NCBI RefSeq assembly: GCF_006345805.1
Contig: NC_043003.1
Coordinates: forward strand, 75,454,001 to 75,518,000
From: Octopus sinensis
Lineage: Eukaryota
Direction of reading: 5' to 3'
DNA length: 64,000 nucleotides
The translations under genes were made by a program, and so were the position numbers. The notes under the pieces were generated by a model. It did not search any database. It was not told the DNA's origin and saw only the letters and a program-made list of their open reading frames with translations. Shown piece by piece: positions 41,341 through 54,599 of this stretch. Position 1 is the first letter of the stretch; each line of letters opens with the position of its first letter.

Positions 41341-42369
41341 ATATATATATACATATGCATACACTCACAAACATGCACATAGATAAGCACGCACACATAC
41401 GCACCTACACGCACGCACATACAAACACATACACACACACACTCATAAACACACACGACCACATAAATTTAATTACATAGATAATTTATAGTTGTGTGTC
41501 CGTGTTTAATTTGATGATATTTACGTCACGTTTTGGGGAAAAAATCTTGACATATTGGGGAGCGGTCAACAGTTGTGAACAGCTAAAAATAAGAGTTCTG
41601 GTTGAGAAAAAGTTAGCTAACAAGAACTACTATTCGAATCAAGTTACCACCTATCATGATTATTCGCGTCCAGTATCAAAATAGTGAGATCTTGACTGAT
41701 GCCCAATGCACCATGACCATTAGTAATGCTGTAAGACGTGTCATGGACGGCTGCAACGGAGACTACGAAACCGTGGTTAGCATGATGCGTCAATGCAGGT
41801 ATTTTAACTGTGTTCGCATGATATTACGTATGAAATATAAAAGTGCGAAGGTAAATCTGATGTTTTAAATTAAATCCAAAAATTACTGGTTACTTCTGGG
41901 AAAACGATAAATTGCTCCCTGGGGAGAGGTTTTAGCAATTATAAAGGACTCCATCATGAAGAAAAGCATGCGTACATACATGCATGCTTGTGCAGGTACA
42001 CATTACCATCCACACATTACACATACAGGAATGTATATAAATTTTGTGGGGATATATCACTATGTAATAAGTTTGTTGAAATATACTATATTAATACATT
42101 TCAAGACACAGAATGGCAACACAGGTAATTTAGCATATCCATAAACGAATATTTCATCTATATATAACAACGCGTATATATAAATATATGTATATATACG
42201 CATATGTATGTGCGTATAGCGTATTTATATATACGTGCATATATATATATGGGTGTGTGTGTGTTTGCATATAATCATGTATGAATACATATATGTATAC
42301 GTGTATGTTTGTGTTTGGCGGGGTGGTTAACTACTTTCGTCTATAAATGCGCATGTATATAGTGTATGT

Positions 42370-42456
<87 letters not shown>

Positions 42457-42547
42457 GTATACATACATCTTTATTTATATATGTATATATAGACATGTCT
42501 GTGTTGTGTCTATGTGTGTAAATATATATTTAAAGGTGTACTACGTG

Positions 42548-42613
<66 letters not shown>

Positions 42614-42642
42614 GACGTATATATATACATATACATACATAC

Positions 42643-42687
<45 letters not shown>

Positions 42688-43041
42688 ATACATTTGTATG
42701 TATGTATGTATGTATGCATGTATATGCATGTACATTTGTACCTTTCCAGAAACAGAACACACGCGCTGATACATTGGCAGGAAATGGCTTTAATTTCCTC
42801 TTGTATATACCAAATATAACATTGATATATCTAATATGGAACTACCATTGTTCCTTTAATGAAAATATGCCTACTACATGCCAGAAGCAGTGTCAAATTA
42901 AACTGCAACTGTACTCATGTAATGAATTTGCAAATGGGTTGTCGTCTTTCTATTATACTCTCAGTTTATACGCACCGTACACAAATACACACTCGTTATA
43001 AGAAGCACACATATTCAAATACACGAGTATATATGTATATA

Positions 43042-43123
<82 letters not shown>

Positions 43124-43124
43124 A

Positions 43125-43155
<31 letters not shown>

Positions 43156-44235
43156 TATGTGTGTGCACGTGTATTTGTGTTTGTGTGTTTATGTGTTTGT
43201 ATGTCTATATTTATATATATATTATATATATAGGCTTATACATACATACACACACATATGTATATATGTATGTATTTATGTATGTATTCCAAGCAATTGT
43301 TTATATTCTCGTTCATATTGTTATCCATAGAATTCACGCTCTGTGCTAATTATCAGTGTCATATATATAGTAACACGTATAGAAAATTTAGAAAAAAAAA
43401 TGCCACATATATTAACAGGAAAATGTAATGTTTATCATAGTTTAGAAATAGCATGATAGACTTTTGTTTCTTTGTCATATATGCATTGATATTTTTTATT
43501 ATCATAGGTATGTGTGTAACTGAGTGTGTGTAATTTTCACTTATGTACCAATTGTATTTATATAACTGTTTGTGCCTATATTTGTGCGTTTATATATTGT
43601 TTTTGAATGTAAGAGAATTGTGTACATATACGTTTGCTATTTATGACATTATTAGTATTCGGAAAATACATTATTTACTTAAACTTAGAGCCACATACAA
43701 ATGTACTTTCTCGAGCACAGGCGCACTCACATACATACACAAACATATATTTAACTCTTCATATATGTTATGTGTTTGTATGTGATGATCGATATCGGGC
43801 AGTGTTTGTTGTAGTCTGTACGTGTACGGATATATATATATATATCAATGCGTATATATATATATGTCTTTTTCTTAACAATACACAATATTGTGTCAAA
43901 TCATAATGGTTGTTGAAAGGAATTAGACTTGTAACGGTAAAATGAAAGGCTTAGGTAATGGATGGTATCAGTTCAATAGAATGAACTGAATGTGATATTT
44001 CCGTATATACCATTCTGTCGTATTGCGTTCCACACATCTATTTTCAATTGATTATTGATCAAATATGTAGCCAGAACAATACATACATTGGCACACACGT
44101 ATACTCACATGTATATATATATATGTTTGTAAGTATACATTGTTGTATGTACATATAACAATACATATCTATCTACATACCACTCTCTCACTCTCTGTCT
44201 CTTTCTCACTCTCTCTCTCGTTCTCTCTCTCTCAC

Positions 44236-44277
<42 letters not shown>

Positions 44278-44711
44278 GGTATGTATGTATATATGTATGT
44301 ATGAATGTATGTATGTATAAAATAACTGGATCTCCGTCGGTTGATTCTTAGTAGACTATCAACTGCTACTCCAACACCAATACAAACTAGTCATACAATT
44401 GTCTAGTAAGGACTGACCATTTGATAATCAAACTTCACAATAATTTATTTTCAATTCGGACTGATGCTATGCAAAAGTTAAATATACTAATACTGAGAAA
44501 AAAAAATTACCACACACCTAGTGTCAAAGCGATGTTAGAAATGTGTTTCAAAAATGGTTTCCACCCGAAGGCGTAGCGAAATAAAAACTTGTGCAATTCT
44601 AAAATACATCAACAATGATTCTAACCAGTATGTTGTTGCGGATTCGACCCTGGTGCATCTGACAATAGACACATAAACATACATACAAACATATCCAGAT
44701 ACGTTAACATG

Positions 44712-44771
<60 letters not shown>

Positions 44772-45922
44772 AACATACTCATACACACATAACATAAACA
44801 CGCATATATATATATATATATAAAGTATATGATTTAACTTACTAAACAGTGTTCACCAAATTCCTTCATATTTTACGTAAATGAAGGATATTAGATGTTA
44901 ATATAGCTCATATAGCTATACCATCGTTTCATACAGAAGGGGAATAAATTCATTTTAAGAATTTCAGTTGTCAGAAAATATTCATCAGTAGCCAAAAAAC
45001 GTTTAAAAAGCTAAGAAGATGTTATAATTACATACGTATTGTGTTATTACTCATTTTTATAATGTGTTATTGTTGTTGGAGTCATGAGTATTTAAACCAG
45101 AGTAAAAGATAACACTTGGTGCTGATATATATAATACTAATAAGGGTAACTCTCTATTGATTTGTATAAAGGAGCTAATTTAAAACTACCATATATGTAG
45201 TAAAATATTGATGAGGCCGTATTTTCAGGAAAATACAAACCAAATAAGGAAGAACACGAATTTTTAAATAGTGGAGATTAAGATATTTATTTAACCGTCA
45301 ATAACCAACAAGGATCAGTAATAAATTAGAAAAACATGCTTAATAGTAATTATAAATGCTTTAGAAAAAAATAAACTGTAATATTACGAAATTTAGTTAA
45401 ACTAGTAGAAGGATATATGAAGAGGTAGATACCAGAACACGGTTGATAAAATTCAAGTAAAATTAAAACTACAAGAATAAAAAATAAAAATTAAAAATAA
45501 GAAATTGTAAATATTGAAGATGAGGTTAAAATTTAATTACATTATCCGCTGCTAAAAACATATATAATCATATATGGAGTGGTATAGAAAAGTTATATTT
45601 TATAATAACGAAAAGACTTGTGTATAATTGTGGAGAAAGGCTAACAAAATTGAGTAGTGTAGTGTAGGGGAGGTAACAATTAAGTGAAAAACTTGTGGCC
45701 TTACTTGCATTTACTATTTATATAAATATAAAAAGATAACTATAAAAATTAAATAGATTGAAATTCGTATGTATATGGATACATACATGCAACAAGTATG
45801 TCATACATAACTTTATACGTAAAAAAAATTATGCGTGTACATACCGGTACAGCCATATATGTATATGCAATCGTTTTTTGTACATAGAAGAAACATCCAT
45901 GCTTACGTACATGTATATAGAA

Positions 45923-45979
<57 letters not shown>

Positions 45980-46067
45980 GTGTGTGTGTGTGTGTGTGTG
46001 TGTGTCTGTGTGTGTGTGTGTGTGTCTGTGTGGTGTAAATATATGTGCATAAATATATATATATATG

Positions 46068-46432
46068 TATTAAGTTGGCAACTAAGTACCCGCCGTTTTT
46101 TTTATTTGAAATTTTTAAAAGGTCTCTAAAAAAGTAACAACGAATTAATCAATAATTGTTCACCTTTGTTGTTTACAGCTTCTTCCCAACGTTCAACAAG
46201 ATTTTCAATACCTCGTTGGTAGAAATCACCTGATTTCGACTCAAAAAATTGGTCCAACCAAGCTCTCAATTCTGCATCAGTATTGAACGAAACTCCGCGC
46301 ATGACATTTGAAAGAGACCTAAAGAGGTGGAAATCCGTTGGTGCCAAATTAGAAGAATACGGTTCTTTCAGCTATGACACCTTCTCCATACACAGCATAA
46401 ATGTCACGAGCAGTATTTGCGGCATTAGAAAA
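46068..46432 (-). mobile_element. Internally deleted, 5'-truncated mariner
   Basis: TA + TIR TTAAGTTGGCAACTAAG at 46068. Minus strand NAANTARDIYAVYGEGVIAERT (N-terminus) is fused to YSSNLAPTDFHLFRSL..FYQRGIENLVERW (YSPDLAPxD motif and C-terminus). Confidence 0.85.
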
Positions 46433-46557
46433 AAAAGGAGGTGTCGAAAGTGAAGGTTGTCGTGGATAGATTTAACTACCTACTACTATCATACCACCTG
46501 CATTCCTTTTATTATTCTCTATTCTCTTTCTCCTTTTTCTTCGTCTTCTTCCTGTCC

Positions 46558-47420
46558 GCAGAGCCATCCTTTGACGTAGACTGTTTTTTGTTTGGCCTAT
46601 GTATAGCCCTTCACACCCAGAGCAGATTAGTACGTGTATCAGGTTCTCCGAATAACATGTGAAGCTGCTTTTCACTGTGAAACGTTGTCCCTGTTTGAAG
46701 GAGAACTCTGATCCCCCAATTAATTTGACGCACACCCCATAGTTGGGTCTTAAGCATTTTTTTACTGACGGCTTCTATGTTGTTGTTGAGCGTATTCGGG
46801 CTTGTGTCAGGAGGCTTTTTCTTAGCTTTGGGTTGTTTCTAGTGTGTGCTTGGAGGACTAAGTTCATTCTGTAGTCCTTTGTTAGCAGGGGAATATTTTG
46901 AAGGATGGAGTCGAACGCTTTATTGTTAAGAGGGTTGTATGTGGAGATGTATGGTAGGGCATAATTTGGGATGTCTGAGTTCGTGGATCTTGTGTTGTAG
47001 GACAGGATGAAAGCATATGTCAATAAGTGAAGCTGGGTAGTTCCTGGTGATGAGTGTACCCTTTAGTTCATGTAATCGTGTGTTTCTGGTGCTTGCATTA
47101 GAAACTATAATACATATCCTTTTTGCTAGGTTGAAGGGGATATTCATTCTGGTGTGTCTGGGATGGCATGAGTTGAACGGTATATATATGTTTCTCTTAC
47201 GTTGTTAGATTTCTTAATGAGGATGTCGAAGAAGGGTAGTTGATCATGGCTACATTTCACCGTGAATTGAATGTTTACGTCAAGTCCATTTATAATTGCT
47301 TGGAATAGTCTTTAAGTCTCTCTATACTTTCATGCCAAAGAATGAAACAGTCATCCAGGTATCTCTTCCAGTTATATTCTATGTAATGGGAGAAAGAGCT
47401 GCCGTATTTTTCTAGAACCT
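46558..47420 (-). mobile_element. Penelope-like element RT to GIY-YIG block (inverted 5' segment)
   Basis: WKRYLDD (RYLDD at 47350-47364), NIPFNLAKRICIIVS..RLHELKGTLITRNYP, ALPYISTYNP, FTCYSENLIHVLICSGCEGLYIGQTKNSLRQRMAL. Confidence 0.9.
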
Positions 47421-47429
47421 TACGAAAGA

Positions 47430-48090
47430 CCAAATAAAAAACAGTCTACGTCAAAAGATGGCTCTGCACAGATCTCTGACCAAAATTTCCCAAAACAGAA
47501 AACTAGCATTCAGCCAACACATCGACTTTTGCGCGAATAACAAAAATCCAAGCTTCAGAATGTTTCCCCTCTGCCAATTCAGGGACGATAGAACCTGTAG
47601 TAACGAATTAGTAAAGAGACTCTCTTTATTACAAAATACAGACCATTTTTGAACGCATCTACAACAAACGACACATCCAATATGACCATGGAATAACACA
47701 AACACACAAGCTAACATTAAAAAGGATACATTCAAGAGATACCCAAGAATTCATTAAAAATCAGTCCCAATCATTGATATAATCGATGACTAGCCAATTT
47801 TAGTTTCACTTGACCATTTAACATCCTACTACTATCATGTCACTCCCGCATTCTTCTTCTCCTCCTCCTCCTACTCCTTCTTCACGACCTCGAGCCTACA
47901 AGAGTAAACAAGAGAGAGAGAGAGAGACAGACATACAGACAGGCAGAAACAAGGAAAATGCTCCTTGTAATTAAATACTATGCAAATATTCTTTTTAAAA
48001 AACTTTTCTTTTCATTTTTCCAAAATTTAATTGTTTTCCATATTTAAAGTTGAAAAGATCTCAATGACTGAAACATGTACTGAAATGTTT
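47430..48090 (+). mobile_element. 3' part of the same PLE: GIY-YIG C-terminal half, 3' UTR and hammerhead relic
   Basis: NSLRQKMALHRS..FSQHIDFCANNKNPSFRMFPLCQ continues the endonuclease on the plus strand; ends near the hammerhead-like motif at 48043-48085. Confidence 0.75.
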
Positions 48091-50734
48091 TTTTATAAAA
48101 TTATTTTGGTATTTCCTACCTTGACTTTTTTCCATATATATATATCATTCTGACTATTCCTAAATTTTCAAATCTTTATGGATTGTAACCAAAAAAGAAA
48201 TGATATACCATACGCGTTTATTTAACCTGCATATATTATTTTTAAAAATTAATATAAGTAAAGTGAATAAAGTGAAATAAAATCTTTTTAAATTTTCTAT
48301 AAAAGATTGCATAAATTCCATATATCTAGTGAAATTATTAAGCTCATCTTGGTTAGCTCCCTTCCATTACATTTTAAAATATTTTAAAGGCTCTTGATAT
48401 ATGTGCGAATTGATAAGTTGTTTTTTGTTTGTTTTTTTACTAGGAATATTCACTTGATTAGTTCTTCTTGATTCTCCTTAATTAATATTCAAAGCCTGAT
48501 AATAAAATAGATAATACTATCTATGCTATTTAGCTTCTATTCTAAAATGGTCTGATTATTTATAATACAATTTCTAACCAATAGTTTTGATCAGTTACCA
48601 ATCTCTCCCATGATAAATTATATTGATTCTAGTCTTATAATTATTAAATTATATTATAATTATTAAATATTTTCTTATAATAGCTTACCTCTCATATTAT
48701 AAATAAACTAGGGATATCCTATAATAGGTTTTTTAGAATACAAGCCTAGTCTACCCCTGATCTACTATAGTCTAAATTTATTTTTATTTTTCAATTTGCT
48801 GACTTAAATATTTTTCTCACTGTAATTTGGAACTATTTCATCTTACTCTTTTACCCACTATATCATCTTACCAAATAATACATTTCTATTAGACACGCAC
48901 TTAACCTATATAGAACCAAACTGTTATAACTCTCTATTTTATAACTCTAATAAGTACATTCTAAAATTATAAACATGCAGGAAATAAATGATACGTATAG
49001 CATATTCCTTTAATTTAACTCATTAATGCAAATAAACTACTATATACTACCTAACTATAAATATTTATTAATAATATTCTGATATATATATATATTTATA
49101 AATATGAAAGGATTTCTATACTCTCTATTCCTATATAAGGTACTAAAATATCATAACAATCCTTTAGAAAACTATCTAAAGCATATTTATTTCAAATCAC
49201 AAGTAGGATTATGGCTGTTAAATGGTTAAGCTATTAGAAATCTCTATTCTCCCTACCCCACTAACTTCAGCCTACTAACTTTAGCTGAAATACATTCAAA
49301 CGTACCAGAGTAAAAATTCTTCATAAATGCGTTGGTTGTATAATTCTGCCACTTAAACTGCCCCTTCCTCTATCTATAAATAGATAAATTCTTGATTGTC
49401 TCCACTGAACTTAATAGAAAAAAAACCGTCACCAGTGGTAAATCTAAATATCAAAGGAAATTCAGTGAGAAGAAATCTACCCATGAGGAAGGATCTTATA
49501 ATGCCATGCTTCTAATGATGAATTTCACCTCTCTGTCTATATACCTACCCTCTTTGTAATGTTGGCAAATGGAATTAAGTAGAAAAATGAACATTGTCAA
49601 TTTAATTTTATAAACAAATTTCATATGTGGCTGATGAGTGCTCTACATTTTGAAACTGATGTAATACTTACATTGTTTGAAGTAGTATGAAACGATCGTA
49701 CTACACTACCTTTGGATATCCTTGTTGCTTACTTTGAATATATATATATGTAAGTGAGATAATAGTTTTACTTTTAATAGTTTCAGTATTATTAATGAAA
49801 TTATTATCCCACATTACAAGAGAGATATCATTGTTTTCCTTTTAGCACGTAATGCTGAAATAGTGTAAGAAATAAGAGAATGCTCCGGGCACGCATTAGA
49901 CAAACAGTTCAGATTTCTTTGGCCCATGACATTAAATGGACCCTTAGTAAGCCTTGTGTAAAATTTGAATGAAATATCCTTCCTGTAGGTCTCGAGTATT
50001 GATGCACACATACTGACAGACAGAGAGACAGACAGGCACATATTCAATTTAATATATATAAATATATATGCAAATATTTATGTACCTAACCTTCCCACTC
50101 CCTCTATTCATATTTGTGCGTGCGTATGCATGTGTTTGTGAGTGTGTTTTTGTCTGCGTGAGTGACAAACTAAATCTGAGATAATTAGTTAACGTTGCTT
50201 CCAGCATGCAACAACTGTTTCTAAATGATGCAGTCAATATAAGAGTTTATCCTTTATTACCTTCCATCTAAGAACTGCACTAATAGAGAAAGTCGACATG
50301 GAGATGATAATTAAAACACTTTAGGATGTTTATTAAACAGTATCCTAGATTCAGAGGTGGGAATGTTAGAGGACTGGTGTAAGAAAAATTACATTCAATG
50401 CAGAAGCAAAGTAAATAGAAAAATAATTCTAACGGCAAATGGAAAAAAGAAGAATCCAAATAAATACATATATAATTTGCAATGGTATTTCTAATATATT
50501 TTCGTTTTTTTTAATGTTTATTCGAACAGTATTTTCTTTCCTGCATGATTTACAGCTTTTTATTTGATATTATTTTTGTGCCTGTATATTTGTAAGTTTT
50601 ATGTTTGTATATGTATGTATATATATGTGTGTGTGTGTGCGGATATATAAACAAATATATATACACACATATAGAGATACATACACACACATATACATAG
50701 ACATATATATATATATATATACGTATTTATATAT

Positions 50735-50847
<113 letters not shown>

Positions 50848-50895
50848 TATACGTATTTATATACACACACAAACGCACACACACACACACACATA

Positions 50896-50926
<31 letters not shown>

Positions 50927-53298
50927 CGTATTTATATATATATATATATATATAACATTTATATGCATTTGCGTGTCTTTGTGTGTGTTTCTGTGTAATT
51001 GTGGTGCAAAATTATCCTATTACATTCCTTTAGGATACTTTGACGTAATTGGTATTTACACTTTTCATTAATTTATTTATATTCTTAATTTTGTTTTACT
51101 ACATCTCTTCCATCATGTCTTTTTCTTTTCGCCTGCAAATTATTTCTCACAGTTTCATCATGTTTTTCTACTTCTTACCGTTGGACTTCATTATTCCTGT
51201 TTTGCATTTCCATCCATGCATTTTGTTCACTGTACTTTTAGTTTTTATACATTTTTTATTTTGTGTGTGTCTCACATATTCATTCACGTGTAATTGTATA
51301 TGTGTGTGTGTATGTGTGGGTGCATGTGTTCGTGTGTGTATACACATACATACATAAGCATGCCTCTGCATATATATATACATTCATATAATTCAAAATG
51401 TGTTATATATCACGTATGATTTGTATATGCCCCCAATCCTCTTCACAATCCGCCGTCTGTCAAAGTTTCATTGGCACCGATGTGCATTTTCCTTGTCACT
51501 ACATTATCAGCACCTCTGAAGTAACTATCAACGTCAGTCGTCGTATCGCAGGAAAACTAGGAAACCATATGAAGCTGAAGGATCACAGACTCTCCGAGAG
51601 ACATTTTATTCGTGAACTGTCCATTTTTCCTTATGGTGGCCTTTACGATGTTTGTCAAGTACCTGCTGTGTTTATTATGGGATTATTGGAGCAACAAAGA
51701 TGACCTTCATTCTACTGTCGAGCGAGAAGATTTCTATCTGCTCGAAAAGTTGCAGTTCCATCGCTAGATTCCTCCAGTTCTTTTACAACTCTGAAAACAA
51801 AGAACACAACCACAATGTAGATGCTGGTGTACACCAGGGTTTTGAAGTTACCCAAAGCATGAGGCATCGTGATTACCTTACAAAGAGATTCTCTTTCTAC
51901 AATGATGTAGTAATGGTATAAATGTAAGGAATTCGAAATTGATATCATGTTATATTCTGTAGAGCATTTCCATGGGCAGGAATATATACAACAAAGAAGC
52001 AACTATGAGCATAAGCATATATCAGGCAGTGTTAGCCATTTCCTTTTGTTTTGTTTATAGTATTAGTGAAGGACGCGGCAGCGAGCTTTTAAAATCTTCA
52101 CCGCATCGGCAATACGATTTGAGATAATTCTTCTTAAAATCATGTGTTCGAATTCTAACGACATCAGTTTTCCTTTTCATACATAGGATAAGTATTGTAG
52201 CATTCAACCAGTGCTGCTGAAAGCATGGACGAAACATCTCACTTCACCTCATATTTGATGGCTTTGTGCCTAATTACAAAACGCTATCACTGAAGCATTA
52301 ACCGTATATACAATTTAATGTTCCACTTACTTAGGATTTAATTTCAAATTTGATGTTTATAGGAATATATGGAATTTAGGCTCTCTGAATGTGATAATTA
52401 ATGATTGTATATTTTATGAGAATACAGTCTTTCATTGCTTATCTAATTTTTGTTTCTACTTTAGCAGTTATATTTAATAAAGTTGCTGATAATATTTGTG
52501 CGTTCACACTATAAAACTGCTGTGATCATGCAATAGCCATGTCTCCTAAAAAGTGGCATGTGATTGAAAGCCACTACATTTGTCTCCCTATACATCATTG
52601 CAGATATCTGTAGTAATTTAACATAGAGAAAAATCATAATTTAACACGCAACCCATTGATCTACATAAAACGCTACATGTTTTTGTATATAAGTATACAT
52701 TTTGCGAGTAAAACTTTAGCTTTTGAAATTATTGGCTGTGTGCCAAATTATAAGATTTAATTTCTCTATCATTCAACATGAACTGTAGTGCTTCTGTCTA
52801 CATTTGTCTCTAAATGCATAATAAAATAGTTTGAAGCTTTTAGAATTATCCAGCAGCATTTCTACTCAGTATAACAGTGTTTCTACTTAGTTCTTCTGTT
52901 TGCTTTTGTATTTGTAAGTTCTGCTTTATTAATGCTTAACCAATCTTACATCGATAATGAAATGGAATGTTTCACACTGGTTACGATGGAAAAGGAAAAT
53001 GACCAACACAGTAAGAATGAGTGATACAAATATATATACTCAATGCAGGCACACTCTAATGAGAGGTTTTTCTCAGATATTGTACAGATTTTTATCAGAA
53101 GAAAGACTTATACTGAGAATTTCGCACACACGTATATATAAATATATATGAAATTACATATTACAGTTTTCCTGCGTCTTCCATTCTTACCTGGCCTCAA
53201 CTGACCCTCATTTATTTTTCTAAGAGAAAATAAATTCATGCACACAGGCATGCACATATAAAGGCGCGCGTGGACATATGTATGCACTTGATTGGATG

Positions 53299-53342
<44 letters not shown>

Positions 53343-53479
53343 GTGTGTGTGTGTGTGTGTGTGTTTGTGTGTAATTATCTATCACTCTCTCTCTCTCTCT
53401 CTCTCTCTCTGATACACACCTGTATATATATATATTATATATATATATATACAGAACAACACAGATATTGTGTCGTATA

Positions 53480-54200
53480 ACTAGCCAGAAACGCTGTTTC
53501 TCTGGGCTAAAACAACAGTCTCATAACCTGACCCTTAAATTTACTACAACACATAACTATACCTCTTGAAAAAATAGAGAACGACACAGAAAATACCTCC
53601 GGGCATAATAATTATCATTTTACACAAATACTCAGCACCACCCCAACTCCTTAATAAATACTAATCTTAACGCCAGCAATAATAACGAACCCAACGCCGG
53701 TTCCTCACTAAATAGAAATCCCCTCACAAGCTCATCCCCAACACCCCCTACAAATTTATGCAGATGTAGACGCCGAAACTCTTCTCCTTTAAATAACCGC
53801 TGTGTTACAAAAAGCTTCGTTTATCCGTCTACAGTATCAACTGCCAAGTGAAGCTACATATATATATCGTCTCTTGTAACACTACCTTCAAAGCTAGAGT
53901 GTAGATCCACGTCTCCAGTTTCAAATCCCAAAGAAAATCCAACAATACTTTGTTATCTCAACTTATCAATAAACTAAAGTTTGATTCAACTCCTTACACG
54001 CCCAAATGGTCCATAGTTACCCACGCCAAAACATACAATAGCTATAATAACAAATATTAAAAACTACATAGCCGAGGTCTTGGCTATTTTGCAATCCATG
54101 GAGTGTCCCAATGAGCGCAACAATATAATTTTTACCTGCAATCATCGGTCACTAAATCTATTCTCAAAATACAAATAACAACAACCTCACCCCGCTTTTC
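53480..54200 (+). mobile_element. Penelope-like GIY-YIG endonuclease fragment
   Basis: CRCRRRNSSPLNNRCVTKSFVY, NTTFKAR, HVSSFKSQRKSNNTLLSQLINKLK, PKWSIVTHAKTYN, NERNNIIFTCNHRS; classic PLE endonuclease layout with stops. Confidence 0.8.
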
Positions 54201-54254
54201 CCACTAACCTTGATATATTTTGCCTCTTATCTGCCCTAAATACTACTATATACT

Positions 54255-54501
54255 TCTTTACTACCCACAAGGGGCTAAACACAGAGAGGACAAACAAGGA
54301 CGGACAAACGGATTAAGTCGATTATATCGACCCCAGTGCGCAACTGGTACTTAATTTATCGACCCCGAAAGGATGAAAGGCAAAGTCGACCTCGGCGGAA
54401 TTCGAACTCAGAACGTAGCGGCAGATGAAATACCGCAAAGCATTTCGCCCGGCGCGCGAAATGCTTTGCGGTATTTCATCTGCCGCTACGTTCTGAGTTC
54501 G
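54255..54501 (-). mobile_element. SINE with fold-back 5' end and 16-bp TSD
   Basis: TSD AATACTACTATATACT at 54239-54254 and 54502-54517. Perfect 49-bp inverted arms 54400-54448 / 54456-54504. Confidence 0.9.
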
Positions 54502-54599
54502 AATACTACTATATACTACTATATGTCATATAGTATATACTACTAAATACTACTATATGTCAAACAAACAATGTATCTTCCTTTTAATTCCTTATTGTC

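Noticed and set aside
45000-49420. NUMT explanation for the AT-rich blocks at 45 kb and 48-49 kb
   Set aside because: Trial translation of parts of these blocks with the invertebrate mitochondrial code gave no convincing COX, CYTB, ND or ATP6 motif. Not fully excluded without an alignment.
49630-49670. CTGATGAG...GAAAC hammerhead
   Set aside because: Both boxes are present but stems I, II and III do not pair. The same applies to similar motifs near 25030 and 55352.
50290-50410. CR1-type RT fragment (DD...DWCKKN)
   Set aside because: Single weak motif, too short to call.
52061-52190. Exon after a strong acceptor (TTTGTTTTGTTTATAG)
   Set aside because: Downstream sequence resembles an old SINE copy (GTTCGAATTC...TTTTCCTTTTCATAC) and all frames close quickly.
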